A stretch of 64,000 bases of DNA from Calditrichaceae bacterium. Its GTDB lineage: Bacteria > Calditrichota > Calditrichia > RBG-13-44-9 > J075. Numbering within the stretch: position 1 is the first letter of the stretch; each line of letters starts with the position of its first letter. A model generated the notes under the pieces. That model ran no database searches, was not told the DNA's origin, and worked only from the letters and a program-made list of their open reading frames with translations. The stretch is taken from the NCBI GenBank assembly GCA_013360445.1, contig JABWBP010000003.1, forward strand, positions 2,811-66,810, given 5' to 3'. This document shows positions 11,032 to 21,499 of the stretch, one piece after another. A program made the position numbers and the translations under genes.

Positions 11032-11535
11032 TTATGCGCCATGTTCCTGGCGGATGGCAAGAATTCGATTGATATGGTGGAAGACATGATTTGCCTGCAT
11101 CTCCACAACAAATCCCACGGACACGCGAGTGATTTGTCCATTCGGTTCGCGAAATTCGACGGATCGCTCCCATGCGTCCGCTCTCTGGGCAAGGAGGTCG
11201 AGAATGTGTGTTCGAGTTGCCTTGAGCAGATCCAGGGAAGAACTCACAGGGCGGCGCGCATAGGCCCAGTTCGACGCCCAGGTCGTTTGCGGGATAGGCC
11301 AATACCAGTCGAGGTGAAATTCCGCCTGTTCGTTCCCCAGGGCCATCTTGATACAGGATTTCCAGATATCGTCGCCATCTGCGATATGGTGGACGATTTC
11401 ACGGATTGACCAACCTCCCCGGGATGGCGCCATGTCGAGACCGGATTCCGACAAACCCTTGATGGCGTTCTCCAATTGAGACGGTCCATCCGCGTACTGC
11501 GCAAGGATTGTCGCCTGGTCGCCTGTGGCTTTCAT
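11032..11535 (-). CDS. DinB/YfiT-like family protein
   Basis: WSIREIVHHIAD and HVFHH His motifs. Start chosen at MKATGD (uncertain). Confidence 0.85.
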   Translation of the reverse strand: MKATGDQATILAQYADGPSQLENAIKGLSESGLDMAPSRGGWSIREIVHHIADGDDIWKSCIKMALGNEQAEFHLDWYWPIPQTTWASNWAYARRPVSSSLDLLKATRTHILDLLAQRADAWERSVEFREPNGQITRVSVGFVVEMQANHVFHHINRILAIRQEHGA

Positions 11536-11608
11536 GTCGGATGCTTTCGATACCATGGTCGATGGGTGGCGCTTAACGTCAATACCCCGCAATACTGCGC
11601 CGGCATTC

Positions 11609-14600
11609 TTAATCCTTATTCGGCTGGCGGGATAAAATCTCGTAATAAGATTTTATAAACTCCTTGTATTCCGAAGAATACCCCTCTTTCAGCGCTTCTA
11701 ACATCTCCTTGCGAAGCTGGTTTTCCCGTTCCAACAGCTCCTGCTTCAATTGCGGGGGGGATTTGGCGGTCACGTTATCTTCCCGCTCGGCCTGGCGCTT
11801 TTTGGAGTATTCCTTCTCGCGCACGGATTTCTGGGCGTCCAACAGCCGGGAGAGGATGCGCTCCTGGCGCTCGATGACCTTGCGGTCCAGGCGCTGCTGC
11901 TTCAGCTCTTCGATCACCTCTTCCATCTCCTCGCCCAATTCGCCCAAACGGCCCGGCACGTCCTGGCGGTTGCCCATTTCCTGGTTCAAATTTTCCAGGG
12001 AGCGGCGGATCATCTCCTGCTGCGCGGCCAGGCGGGCCATGGCGTCCGGGGATAGCTGCATCTTTCCCTGCCCCTGCTGCTGCAACAGTCCCATGCTCTC
12101 CTGGTTCAACTGCCCCTGCTGCCCGGCCATCTGCTGCATCTGCTGTAAAAATTCCTCGAAACCGGAAGCGGAATTCGACTGCATCATCTGGTCCATGGAA
12201 TTCTGCATCGACATGACCGCCTGGTTGAAATCTCCCATGGCGCGCTGCTGCGACTGCGCCGCCCGTTTGGGATTGCGGTTCTCCAGGCTCGCCAGGGATT
12301 CTTCCATGTTCTGCACCAGGGAGGACATGGTCTGGCTCATCTGCGGGGAGAGGAAGAAGGTCTTTTTGGAAATGTCGATCAACTCTTTGATGATTTGCGC
12401 GCTGTTTTCCCGTAATTGCGACTGCTGGCGGGCGATGTCGGTAATCTGCGGGGAGGCCACGTCCGCCTGGTCGGATTTCTCGAACAGCTGCTCCTGCCGG
12501 AAGGAAGAGCGCAGCAAATCCTGCTGCACCTTCTGCATGGCTTGCAGCAATTCTTCTTTCTGCATCCGGTTCATGTTCTGCTGCGCCTGCTGCATCATGC
12601 TTTGCAGCATCTCCAATTGCCGCTCCAACTGCTGCCCGCTCTGCCGGCACTGCGACATCTGCCCCTGCCGGATTTGCTGCTCCATTTGCTGCATCTGTTG
12701 GCCGAGTTGCTGCTCCTCCATGAACTCCTGCGCTTTTTCTAACTCCCGGGCGATTTCCGCCATTTCTTTCTGAAACTCTTCTTTGGCCTGCTGAAGTTTT
12801 TCTTCGAAAAAGCCGGTATCTTTTTCCAGGTTGGCTTCCTTGTCGGCTAATTGCTCTTTCTGCGCCTCGCTCAAATTCTCTTTCTGTAACTGCTCGTTGA
12901 TGGCTTTCTGCTCCTCCGCCAACTTTTCGGCCATTTTGGCCAGCTCATCCATTTTCTGTTCCAACTGTACCCGTTTCAGCAGCTCGTAAGTGCGCTCTAT
13001 TTTCTGCTCGAATTCTTCCATGGAGAACTGGAACTGCTCCATGGCCTCTTTCAGCTCTTCCATATTGGCGTTTTCCAGGGCTTCCTGGAGCTTTTTCATC
13101 GCTTCCAACAGTTCCGGGGAGGCCAGGTCGCGGAACATCTGCTGCAATTCCATGAACTTTTCCAGGGTCTCCGGGCTAATCATGTTCTGGTTATCCAACT
13201 GGTTGGCCAGGTCTTCGATTTCCTTGCGGATGTCTTCCAACTTCTCCAGGGCTTGCTGCTGCCGCTCCATCTGCGCCTGGATTTCCTTTTTGCGCTCCCA
13301 GGAAAGCTCTTCTTCCCGCTTCATCTCCCGGTTGATCTCTTGCAGTTTCTCCTTCAATTCTTTGGCGTCCCGGGCGACGTCCCGGGTTTCCTCCACCTGC
13401 TCGTTCATGGCCTGCTCGGTTTGCTCCAGAATATCCGTGAGCGAGGGCAGGCGCAGGATGTAGGATTTGCTCCGGGCGCTCTTGGGTCCGGCGACGGCGT
13501 CGTTGTCCCACACCTCCGCAAAATATTCTACATAGTCTTCGGGTATAAGGTATAAGGAAGAGAGGTCCCAGGCGTATTCGGCGATGGCGCGATTGGGATC
13601 CAGCGCCTGGTAGGGCAGCGGCAGGGCGAATTCCGTGGTGTCGCCGCGGGAGCCGGCGTGAACGTGAAAACCCTTCAGCAGCAGCTTGCTGAAACCGTAA
13701 TCGTCGCGCAGGTTCAACAGCAGGGGGATTTGCAATTCGTCGCCCAAATCCAAATCCTGGCCGGGGCGGGCGATTTCCACGTAGGGGCTTTCATCGGAGA
13801 GGGCGAATACCGAATACGTCACCGGCTGGTAGTTGGAAATGCCGTCGCTGTCTTCGATGATGATGCGATACCGGGTATCTTTTTCCACCACAAAACTGCC
13901 CCGGGCGCGGTTTTCCGCCACGGCCAGGGGCAGGCTCAAGGAGTCTTGCGACGAGGCCGCGGCGTCGCGGAACCATATCGCGGCTTTGGCCAGTTTTTTG
14001 TTTGCTTCGATTTCCAGCTCGACCCGGGTGCCGCGCAGGGCGGTCACTTCCCCGCTGTTGGGGGGCAAAAACGCGGCGGGGAGGCGGGTGTAAGCGGGAT
14101 AGACCAGTTTGGCCTTCAGCTCCCGGATGAAGGGGCGCTCTAACACGGTGACGATGCCTCTTTCGCTGCGCGCCAGCCGGTTCTGGAAGGTAGCCATTTC
14201 TACCCGCGCCTCGAACCAGTAAGAGAAGCCGGTTTTGGCATGATTCATCTCGTAGGAAAAGCTTTTGCCGGAAATTCCGCTAAGCTCTAACCGCTCCGTC
14301 GCCGCGGAATCTCCCGGAACGGCTTCGGTGCGAATTACCAGCCAGAGTTTGTGGGGGGTCACGCCCTCGTACTCGCCGCGCAATTGCAGGGCCTCGTTCT
14401 TCAACACGGTCAGGTTGCCGGAGAGGTTTTTCAAGGTTACCGGGAGCGGTTTTTCGAATGACTGGGTGGGATAGAGCACCTTTAAAATCGCCTGGCTCAT
14501 GGACGCGGGGAAAATAATAAACAGCAGCGCGAAAATCGTGGCGGCAATAAGCAGGCGATTGGCCGGTTTGCGAAGGATTTGCAGGGAAATGATACTATAA

Positions 14601-15046
14601 AAATTGGTATGGCGGAATTTTTCGTAGAGCTGCTTCAGAGAGAGGTTTTTGAAGGGCGGGTAAACCGCTATGCCGCGGTCGTGATAGATTTGCAGGAAGT
14701 TGACCAGCGAATCCTGCACCGCGGGGTCGTTTTTGCCGATGCGGCGGGACAGCTCATACAAATCCGCTTCCGCGGGCCGGAGCGCCCGGCGCAGGTTGGG
14801 AGCAATCTCCCGTATCGAGAAGAACAGAACCAGCCCGCCCAGGAGAACCCAGAAACCGAGGCGCAGCGGCGCGGCCACGTCGAACGCCATATCTATCAAC
14901 GCGAACCCTAACAGCAGGGCCGCCGCGACCGCCAGCAGGCGCAGCAACGCCCGGGAGGCGTTCAGCAGGTAATAATTCCGGTTTACCTTCAACAGCTTTT
15001 GGTAGGCGGCCTGGTAAAGCTGATCGATTTCGGGTTTGGGGGACAT
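11609..15046 (-). CDS. DUF4175-like membrane protein with long Q/E-rich coiled coil
   Basis: N-terminal TMs, YPAYT, DDYGFSK, and C-terminal RQERILSRLLDAQKSVRE..YKEFIKSYYE. Confidence 0.8.
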   Translation of the reverse strand: MSPKPEIDQLYQAAYQKLLKVNRNYYLLNASRALLRLLAVAAALLLGFALIDMAFDVAAPLRLGFWVLLGGLVLFFSIREIAPNLRRALRPAEADLYELSRRIGKNDPAVQDSLVNFLQIYHDRGIAVYPPFKNLSLKQLYEKFRHTNFYSIISLQILRKPANRLLIAATIFALLFIIFPASMSQAILKVLYPTQSFEKPLPVTLKNLSGNLTVLKNEALQLRGEYEGVTPHKLWLVIRTEAVPGDSAATERLELSGISGKSFSYEMNHAKTGFSYWFEARVEMATFQNRLARSERGIVTVLERPFIRELKAKLVYPAYTRLPAAFLPPNSGEVTALRGTRVELEIEANKKLAKAAIWFRDAAASSQDSLSLPLAVAENRARGSFVVEKDTRYRIIIEDSDGISNYQPVTYSVFALSDESPYVEIARPGQDLDLGDELQIPLLLNLRDDYGFSKLLLKGFHVHAGSRGDTTEFALPLPYQALDPNRAIAEYAWDLSSLYLIPEDYVEYFAEVWDNDAVAGPKSARSKSYILRLPSLTDILEQTEQAMNEQVEETRDVARDAKELKEKLQEINREMKREEELSWERKKEIQAQMERQQQALEKLEDIRKEIEDLANQLDNQNMISPETLEKFMELQQMFRDLASPELLEAMKKLQEALENANMEELKEAMEQFQFSMEEFEQKIERTYELLKRVQLEQKMDELAKMAEKLAEEQKAINEQLQKENLSEAQKEQLADKEANLEKDTGFFEEKLQQAKEEFQKEMAEIARELEKAQEFMEEQQLGQQMQQMEQQIRQGQMSQCRQSGQQLERQLEMLQSMMQQAQQNMNRMQKEELLQAMQKVQQDLLRSSFRQEQLFEKSDQADVASPQITDIARQQSQLRENSAQIIKELIDISKKTFFLSPQMSQTMSSLVQNMEESLASLENRNPKRAAQSQQRAMGDFNQAVMSMQNSMDQMMQSNSASGFEEFLQQMQQMAGQQGQLNQESMGLLQQQGQGKMQLSPDAMARLAAQQEMIRRSLENLNQEMGNRQDVPGRLGELGEEMEEVIEELKQQRLDRKVIERQERILSRLLDAQKSVREKEYSKKRQAEREDNVTAKSPPQLKQELLERENQLRKEMLEALKEGYSSEYKEFIKSYYEILSRQPNKD

Positions 15047-15121
15047 AAGCTCCTCGGTTTCGCTTACGGAATATAAATTCGACCTGCTCCCTTATTATTC
15101 CTCTCCGCTAAAAATAATCAC

Positions 15122-15787
15122 TCAATGTAACAATGCCCACAGCAGGATATTGGTTCCCATCTGCAAGGCGGCGCGGCGAATTTCCGGGGGGTCGTTGTGG
15201 ATCTCCGCGTCTTCGCAGCCGTCGCTGATGTCGGTATTGAAGCTGTAAAACGCTATCATCCGCCCCTCGAAGAACAATCCGTAGCCTTTGGGCGGCCCCC
15301 CGCCGTGTTTGTGCACCTTGGGCAGGCCGTTGGGAAACTGGTAATTGATGTGATAGATGGGATGGGAAAAGGGCAGTTCCACCCAGTCGGATTCCGGGAA
15401 TACCTTTTTCATCTCCCGGCGAAAGGAGAGATCCATGCCGTAATCGTCATCCGCCCACAGGAATCCCCCGTTGATCAGGTACTCCCGCAGCTTGCGAGCT
15501 TCCTCGTCGGAAAATTTGATATTTCCATGCCCGGCGATATAGGCCAGGGGATGCTTGAAGAAATCCTTGTCCAAAATCCCCAGGGCGATTTCCCGCTCCG
15601 TGGCGGCCACGGCGGCGTTCCGGCGCATAAACTCGAACAAATTGACGAAGGTGGTGCGGTTGCCGTACCAATCGCCCCCGCCGCCGTATTTGATACGCAC
15701 CACGGTGACGGGGGACTGGGAAAAAGCCGGCGCTTGCAGGCACAAACCGGCGAGTATGATCGAATACGCGAGGTTTTGAAACTTCAT
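15122..15787 (-). CDS. DUF4159 family exported protein
   Basis: Signal peptide from MKFQNL; KYGGGGDWY, GHGN, GGFLWADDDYG and LPKVHKH motifs. Confidence 0.88.
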   Translation of the reverse strand: MKFQNLAYSIILAGLCLQAPAFSQSPVTVVRIKYGGGGDWYGNRTTFVNLFEFMRRNAAVAATEREIALGILDKDFFKHPLAYIAGHGNIKFSDEEARKLREYLINGGFLWADDDYGMDLSFRREMKKVFPESDWVELPFSHPIYHINYQFPNGLPKVHKHGGGPPKGYGLFFEGRMIAFYSFNTDISDGCEDAEIHNDPPEIRRAALQMGTNILLWALLH

Positions 15788-15937
15788 AGGATTGATGCGG
15801 TGATGGATGGTGGTATGGCAGCGAACTTCCAAACTCACCACTCTCGATTCACATCCCGGGCGCGAGCGCGCCAAAGCATGAGCGAATTGAGAATGGTGAA
15901 GGATTAGCCGGATCGCCGTGAATCTTCACTGAAATCT

Positions 15938-16729
15938 TTATGCACCGCTCTGCATATTGCGATAATTAGCGGCAAACGCCCGCCGCTTATCACGGCTGTT
16001 CAAATTCATCTTCTTCAGCCAGGAACGCACTTTAAGCCAGCCGACCCGGGTGAAACCGAAATCCGCGGTATTCAGCCACTTATGAATCCGGTAAGCGCCG
16101 AGATCGGGGTTCTTGGCCACAATATAGCGAATCTTGTCTTCCACGGACATGCTGACCATGTCGAGAATGCTCGGTTTTTTAGCGGCCGGGCGCGGGGTTT
16201 GGGACGGTTCCTGCGCCGGGGTAACCCGGGGCGGGCGGGCGGGTTCTTCCGCGGCGCGAGGCGGGGTATCCATCCGGCTGATGGTAGGCCCCTGCGCCGC
16301 CGGCTCCGGGGAAAAGGCCGGGCGCGCGTCCTGCGCTTCCCGGGGAGTGCTGGAAACCATTTCTACGTATTGAGATTCCTCGAATTTATTGATCGCCGCT
16401 TCGATGGTATCGTAAACGTCCAAAATGTGGTGAAATTCCAGCAGCTCGAAGATTTCATAGACATCCGGGATCATCCGCACTAACTTCAAGTCGCCGTTGT
16501 TTTCCCGAATCTGTTTGATTTCGCTGATAAAAATCCCCCAGCCCGCGCTGCTGATGTAGTCCACGTTTCCCAGGTCGATAATGATTTGATACTTCCCTAT
16601 CTTCAAAAGATTGTTCAACTCCCGTTCTACTTCCGAAGAAGTGGTCGTATCAATATACCCTCCGACCCTGATAATCGAAATCTGGCTGTGAGCCCCCGCA
16701 GCCTGGGTGGATACCTGAATGCCTTCCAT
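15938..16729 (-). CDS. STAS anti-anti-sigma (RsbV/SpoIIAA-like) domain, Pro-rich linker and C-terminal HTH-like domain
   Basis: GYIDTTTS and IIDLGNVDYISSAGW (phosphoacceptor Ser). The C-terminal ~60 aa are homologous to the neighbour's HTH. Confidence 0.85.
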   Translation of the reverse strand: MEGIQVSTQAAGAHSQISIIRVGGYIDTTTSSEVERELNNLLKIGKYQIIIDLGNVDYISSAGWGIFISEIKQIRENNGDLKLVRMIPDVYEIFELLEFHHILDVYDTIEAAINKFEESQYVEMVSSTPREAQDARPAFSPEPAAQGPTISRMDTPPRAAEEPARPPRVTPAQEPSQTPRPAAKKPSILDMVSMSVEDKIRYIVAKNPDLGAYRIHKWLNTADFGFTRVGWLKVRSWLKKMNLNSRDKRRAFAANYRNMQSGA

Positions 16730-16823
16730 TCATTCCTCCGTATAATGGTTTCCGGTCTGTATGGTTAAACGTCCTTGTTTATTCTTAATTCTCATTTACT
16801 GATAGGGCCGTCAAATTTTTTGG

Positions 16824-19508
16824 CTATTTTTCCGTCTCCTCGTCTCCCACAATATCCACTTTGCTTTCCGCATCTTCCTCCACCGGCTCCTCGAAATCGT
16901 TTTCCCCCGCTGCCCCCTCCTGCGCTGCAACCGGTTTCTGGTTGGAAGGTTCGGAGGGAAAAGCGCCGGGAATACGTTTTCCGCGCGCGGAGATCATTTT
17001 TTCCTTCGCGCGGGATTTGGTCGGGGGAAGGTTGGGCATAAAGGGCATTTCCGCGGTCTTCTGATCGTCGCTGCGGAAACCGACCATCACTTCCCCGTCC
17101 AGGGTTAGCAGCGGGGTTCCGGGAGGTTTGAGCCGCTTTTTCCCACCGCGCTGCACAAAGGCGAGCCGCTGTTCTTTGGTATTCAATTTTGCCCGCCGCA
17201 ACTCTTCATAGACCAGGAACGGCGAAATCTCCGTATATGCATATTTTTCCGTGTTCAGCATATCGCTGATCTTCTTAGGCCCAAACTCCGGGTATTGCCG
17301 GATAATATCATACATTTTTGTTTTAACTTCAATACTTAAATGCCGCAATCCCAGGTTGGTGTAGCCGTGCAGCATTTCCCGCAACAGGTCGTACCCGCCT
17401 TCCTGGTAAATGCGCTTGTAGCGGTAGAAGGTGGTGGGGGAAACTCCCACTTCTTTGCAGGTATCGGCAACCGACTGGTTGTTATCGGCCTGCACCTGTT
17501 CGAACAATTTTTTGAACGTATTTACCTTAACATCGACCGCCGCCATGTTTTCTTTAATAGCAACTAAGGTAATATCGTCATTCTGTTCGAACCCGCCGGT
17601 AAAGGCCAAGATATCCTCTTTGATGCTCCGGACGAATTCCTCCACGTCTAAGTGCCCGTATTTGCGGATGGCGGCCAGGAAGCGCTCTTCCCCGTAGAGA
17701 TCCCGCTGGGGATTCATGGCTTCGGTAACCCCGTCGGTATAGAGAATGAAAATATCGTCCGGGTGCAAACGAATGCGGTCGGCCTGGATTTTTTCCCCGA
17801 ACAGGCGAATGTCCGGCAGGGTAATCCCCACCGGAAAACCGGAGGGATTGAGATAGTAGGTTTCCTTGCTCTTCCCGCGATAGAGGATCATGGGATTGTG
17901 CCCGGCGCTGGCGAAAGAGACCATGCGCTCCCGGGAATCTAAGATCACGTACAGCATGGTCACGAACATACCCTTGCGGATATCGTCGGTCACAAAGGCA
18001 TTCACCCGGGTCATAATGTCTGCCGCGTTGTCATTGCCGCGGGATTCCAGCCGTAAGGAAGTGCGGATCATGGTCATTACCAGGGAGCCGGGAACCCCCT
18101 TGCCGGAGACGTCGGCCACGCAAATCCCGATCGACTGGTCGTCGATCTCCATAAAATCGAACAAATCCCCGCCCACCTCTTTGGCGGATTGGTAATAAGA
18201 GGCGATGTCGTATCCCACCACGTCCGGGAAATCATCCGGCAATAGCATCTGCTGGATTTCCTGCGCCACCTGCAACTCTTTCTGCATCCGCTGCTGTTCG
18301 ATGACGCTGATCTGCGCTTCCCGGAATTTATTGGTCACTTCGCTAAAAGCCTGGGCAATTTCCCCTACCTCGTCGCTGGCGTCGATGTCGATCTCGTCCT
18401 GGTCCACCTGCCCGCGGCCAACCTGGCGCACCCACTCGGCTAATTTATGGAACGGTTTGGTGATCAGGGTAACCAGCAGGGCAATTCCCGCGGTTCCCAG
18501 GGCAAAAACCAGCAGCAGGATAAAGATCAGGCGGTTCTTTTGTTTTATCACCAGGTGGTGAATGTAAACCTCTTCTATTCCCAGCAAGGTGTATCCGATT
18601 GGCGCCGGATCGATGGATAGTTGAATGGGAGAAACGAAATAATAGACCATGCCCGAGTCGGTCATAGCGGTCTGGTACACCGTGACGTCTTCAAAGGTAG
18701 CCGTGGTTTTCAAGTTATCGAAGCGCATCGATTGGGGGACCATCTCCAGATTGATGGGATAGAACGCGATTACCTCCAGGTTCTGCTTCAGGATCATCAC
18801 CATGCGGAGCATTTCGCTGCGGCTTTGCTGAATGGATTTGGCGTTTTCAAAGAGCTGGGTATCTTTCTCCTGGCGAAGCGGCTCGTAATTGACCCGGGCG
18901 AAATCATTGCTGATAGAAGTGGCTTCGGCAAACACTTTTTCCCGAACGTCGGCCTCGATCCCCGCCTTGAGTAGAAAATAGGCCGCCAGGGTCAAAACTA
19001 CCATAATGATCGATGTTACCATGAAGGATTTATTGCGCAGCGACAGGGAGCCAAACCAGGAGAGATATTTCGATTCTTCCACTGCTTCCCGGGTCTTGGC
19101 CAGCCGCAGCTCGTTGCCGTGGCCGGTGATGTTATACTGGATGTCATCCATCAGCTTGCGCATCATGTGGATGCCCAAACCGCCCTTCTTGCCGATCTGC
19201 ACGTATTTCTGCAAATCCGGATCTTTGACCTGGCGGGGATCGAAGCTCCTGCCCTGGTCGATGACCACGATGGTAACACTTAAGCGGCGGATAATGGCGC
19301 GGATGGTGATTTTGCCGTCTTTGATGTCCTTGTAACCGTGGCGGATGATGTTGGTGCAGGCTTCATCCACCACCAATTTGAAGGAATTGATGATCTTGTC
19401 GGAAATTTTGTACTTCTTCCCGATCTGCTCGATGAAGTCCCGAATTTCCTTCAGGTGCGCCATCGAGGCAGGGACGACAATTTCTTCTTTTGAGATATTC
19501 TTAAACAT
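16824..19508 (-). CDS. Membrane fusion: RsbW-type kinase, TM-periplasmic-TM, HAMP, SpoIIE/PP2C phosphatase, HTH pair
   Basis: EACTNIIRHGY, DQG and GGLG GHKL boxes; two TMs; HAMP DEVGEIAQAF; VGGDLFD, ADVSGKG, YTDGVTEA and DDIT PP2C motifs; SVADTCKEVGVSPTTFYRYK HTH. Confidence 0.88.
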   Translation of the reverse strand: MFKNISKEEIVVPASMAHLKEIRDFIEQIGKKYKISDKIINSFKLVVDEACTNIIRHGYKDIKDGKITIRAIIRRLSVTIVVIDQGRSFDPRQVKDPDLQKYVQIGKKGGLGIHMMRKLMDDIQYNITGHGNELRLAKTREAVEESKYLSWFGSLSLRNKSFMVTSIIMVVLTLAAYFLLKAGIEADVREKVFAEATSISNDFARVNYEPLRQEKDTQLFENAKSIQQSRSEMLRMVMILKQNLEVIAFYPINLEMVPQSMRFDNLKTTATFEDVTVYQTAMTDSGMVYYFVSPIQLSIDPAPIGYTLLGIEEVYIHHLVIKQKNRLIFILLLVFALGTAGIALLVTLITKPFHKLAEWVRQVGRGQVDQDEIDIDASDEVGEIAQAFSEVTNKFREAQISVIEQQRMQKELQVAQEIQQMLLPDDFPDVVGYDIASYYQSAKEVGGDLFDFMEIDDQSIGICVADVSGKGVPGSLVMTMIRTSLRLESRGNDNAADIMTRVNAFVTDDIRKGMFVTMLYVILDSRERMVSFASAGHNPMILYRGKSKETYYLNPSGFPVGITLPDIRLFGEKIQADRIRLHPDDIFILYTDGVTEAMNPQRDLYGEERFLAAIRKYGHLDVEEFVRSIKEDILAFTGGFEQNDDITLVAIKENMAAVDVKVNTFKKLFEQVQADNNQSVADTCKEVGVSPTTFYRYKRIYQEGGYDLLREMLHGYTNLGLRHLSIEVKTKMYDIIRQYPEFGPKKISDMLNTEKYAYTEISPFLVYEELRRAKLNTKEQRLAFVQRGGKKRLKPPGTPLLTLDGEVMVGFRSDDQKTAEMPFMPNLPPTKSRAKEKMISARGKRIPGAFPSEPSNQKPVAAQEGAAGENDFEEPVEEDAESKVDIVGDEETEK

Positions 19509-19523
19509 CTTCCACTTTCCGCT

Positions 19524-21461
19524 TTATTGATTCCCCCGGGTACGGTTAATACGATCTTCGGTCGTTTTAATAGCATCCTGAAGTTTTTTGTTGTAAGGAT
19601 ATTTTTCCGCCAAAGCTCTCCAGATCTCCAGCGCCTTATCATAACGCCCGGCCAGGAAATGTTCCGTGGCGATGAGATACTGCCGTTCGGATTCCGGATC
19701 CATCTTCTCCCGTTTGGTGCCCAGTTCGCGCTGGGTCTGTTCGTAGTATTTGCGGATCGCCTCGTTGGAGGGATCGAGCTGCAGCGCCTCCTCGAATACC
19801 GTGTTCGCTTCCTGGTACTCGCCTAATTCCAGCAGCGCCAATCCTTTCACGGTATATTGCTGCAATTTGATGCGCCTGGTGAGGGTGCCGATCTCATCTT
19901 TCAGCTCCGGCGCTTCCGGGGAGAGCAGGAAAGCCTCGCTGAGAATCCGCAGCGCATCGGAATAATTGCCCTTTTGGAATTCCTGCCGCGCCGCCAGCAC
20001 CAGCTTGCGCACTTCCGCATTCAACTGGCGGTTGGTGGTGTTGATCGCTTCGTTGATCAACGCTTTGGTCGAACTATCTTCACCCGCTATATCGAGGGCT
20101 AAGTTAAACTCCTTCAGGGCGTCGGTGAACTGTTTCTTCTGAAGGTAAACATGTCCCTGGTCGAAGCGCAATTTAATAAGTTTTTGTGTTTCCTCGGCCA
20201 GTTTCTTATCCACCGCGTTGTCCAACGCCTCTTCCAGCCTCCGGTCGAGTTGATTGTCGATCAAAAACTTGGTGCTGTCGAAGAGAACTTTCGCTTCTTT
20301 ATTAAACGGATCATCCGTGATTACCTGTTGGAATTCGGAATACGCATCGAAATAATTCCCTTGCTGGAATTCCTGTTTACCCCGGCTCATGTGCTCGGCA
20401 ATCCGCTGCCGGCGATCTTCTTCTTTGGTGCGCTCCACCAATTCCCGTTCCCGGCGCTTGCGTTCCTCGTTCGCAGCAAAGATTTTTTCTTCCCGCGATT
20501 TTCCCAGGTTGAAGGTGATCGAAAAACGATGGGAAGCGCCAAAATCGCCTTCGGTGCTCAAATTGCCGAAAGCGTAATCAATATCCACGAATTTATAGCG
20601 CACCCCGGCTCCAAAGGCGGGAGTGCCCTGGTCAAAACCTGCCCGCACCGTGCCCATGTCCCGGAAGACGTATTCGCCGCCGGCGTGAATCACCCCTCCC
20701 TCGAATTCACCCTGGGCGTAATCGAGCAGAATATTCAATTTACCGCTCTGGCCGAGGGGCAGGCTTTTCATGACTCCAAAGGTAAGCTGGTAGGCCAGGG
20801 TGTCGGTGTTGGCGCCTAATTTCAGCTGCGGTTTGACTAAATTTTGAAAGTGGAAGCCGAAAGAGAGGTTCCTCAGAAACGGGGAATCGAATTCCGGGCG
20901 ATACATCAACCCCGCATCCAATCCGAAGGCGCTGGTTACCTGGTTAGTGTAGGAAAACGATTGCCGCTGCACTTTAAAGGTAATGCCCGGGGTGACGCCG
21001 TACCAGATCTTTTTGGCGTAAGCAATATAGATCTCGCTGAAATCATAGTCTGCGGATACCCCCTGCAACACCTGGTTGTATTCCGTGACGACATTGATGT
21101 CCCCCACTACCACCCGGGAATAGCCGATCCCGATGGTGCCAAACTGCAAGGTGGGATAGAGGAAGCCGACGAAATCGTAACTGGCCCCGCTCACTACCAG
21201 GGGGGTATGGAAAAGGGAAAAAGAAATCCGCGGCGCGTATTCCAGCCCGGCGGGGTTCCAGAAAATCGCCGAGGGATCATCCGCCAGGGCCACAAAGGCG
21301 CGCCCCAGCCCGAAAGCCCGCGCGCCGGCGCCCACTTCGTGCAGGATGGTCTGGGTTCCCGCAGTTCCCTCTTGCGCGTAAATCTGCGAGGGCGCAACGC
21401 TCAGCATCCCTGTCAAAAGGAGCGCCCACGCTCTCCCGGGAATTTGTTTCAAACCTCTCAT
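19524..21461 (-). CDS. PorV/PorQ-like outer-membrane protein with C-terminal TPR repeats
   Basis: GAGARAFGLGRAFVALADDPSAIFWNPAGL motif; barrel ending HRFSITF; then several TPR helices. Start at 21461 or 21500. Confidence 0.85.
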   Translation of the reverse strand: MRGLKQIPGRAWALLLTGMLSVAPSQIYAQEGTAGTQTILHEVGAGARAFGLGRAFVALADDPSAIFWNPAGLEYAPRISFSLFHTPLVVSGASYDFVGFLYPTLQFGTIGIGYSRVVVGDINVVTEYNQVLQGVSADYDFSEIYIAYAKKIWYGVTPGITFKVQRQSFSYTNQVTSAFGLDAGLMYRPEFDSPFLRNLSFGFHFQNLVKPQLKLGANTDTLAYQLTFGVMKSLPLGQSGKLNILLDYAQGEFEGGVIHAGGEYVFRDMGTVRAGFDQGTPAFGAGVRYKFVDIDYAFGNLSTEGDFGASHRFSITFNLGKSREEKIFAANEERKRRERELVERTKEEDRRQRIAEHMSRGKQEFQQGNYFDAYSEFQQVITDDPFNKEAKVLFDSTKFLIDNQLDRRLEEALDNAVDKKLAEETQKLIKLRFDQGHVYLQKKQFTDALKEFNLALDIAGEDSSTKALINEAINTTNRQLNAEVRKLVLAARQEFQKGNYSDALRILSEAFLLSPEAPELKDEIGTLTRRIKLQQYTVKGLALLELGEYQEANTVFEEALQLDPSNEAIRKYYEQTQRELGTKREKMDPESERQYLIATEHFLAGRYDKALEIWRALAEKYPYNKKLQDAIKTTEDRINRTRGNQ

Positions 21462-21499
21462 AGCGTGATCTCTATGCTTTTTTTGAAATCGCGATAACA

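Noticed and set aside
11664-13555. Long Cys/Ser-rich opposite-strand ORFs (e.g. 369 aa)
   Set aside because: Antisense shadows of the Gln/Glu-rich coiled coil of the DUF4175-like gene.
17157-17480. Intact or recently inserted IS481/IS3 transposase
   Set aside because: Only the HTH-like region is present, in frame within a larger protein, with no DDE core, TIRs or target duplication. It is reported as a possible domestication instead.
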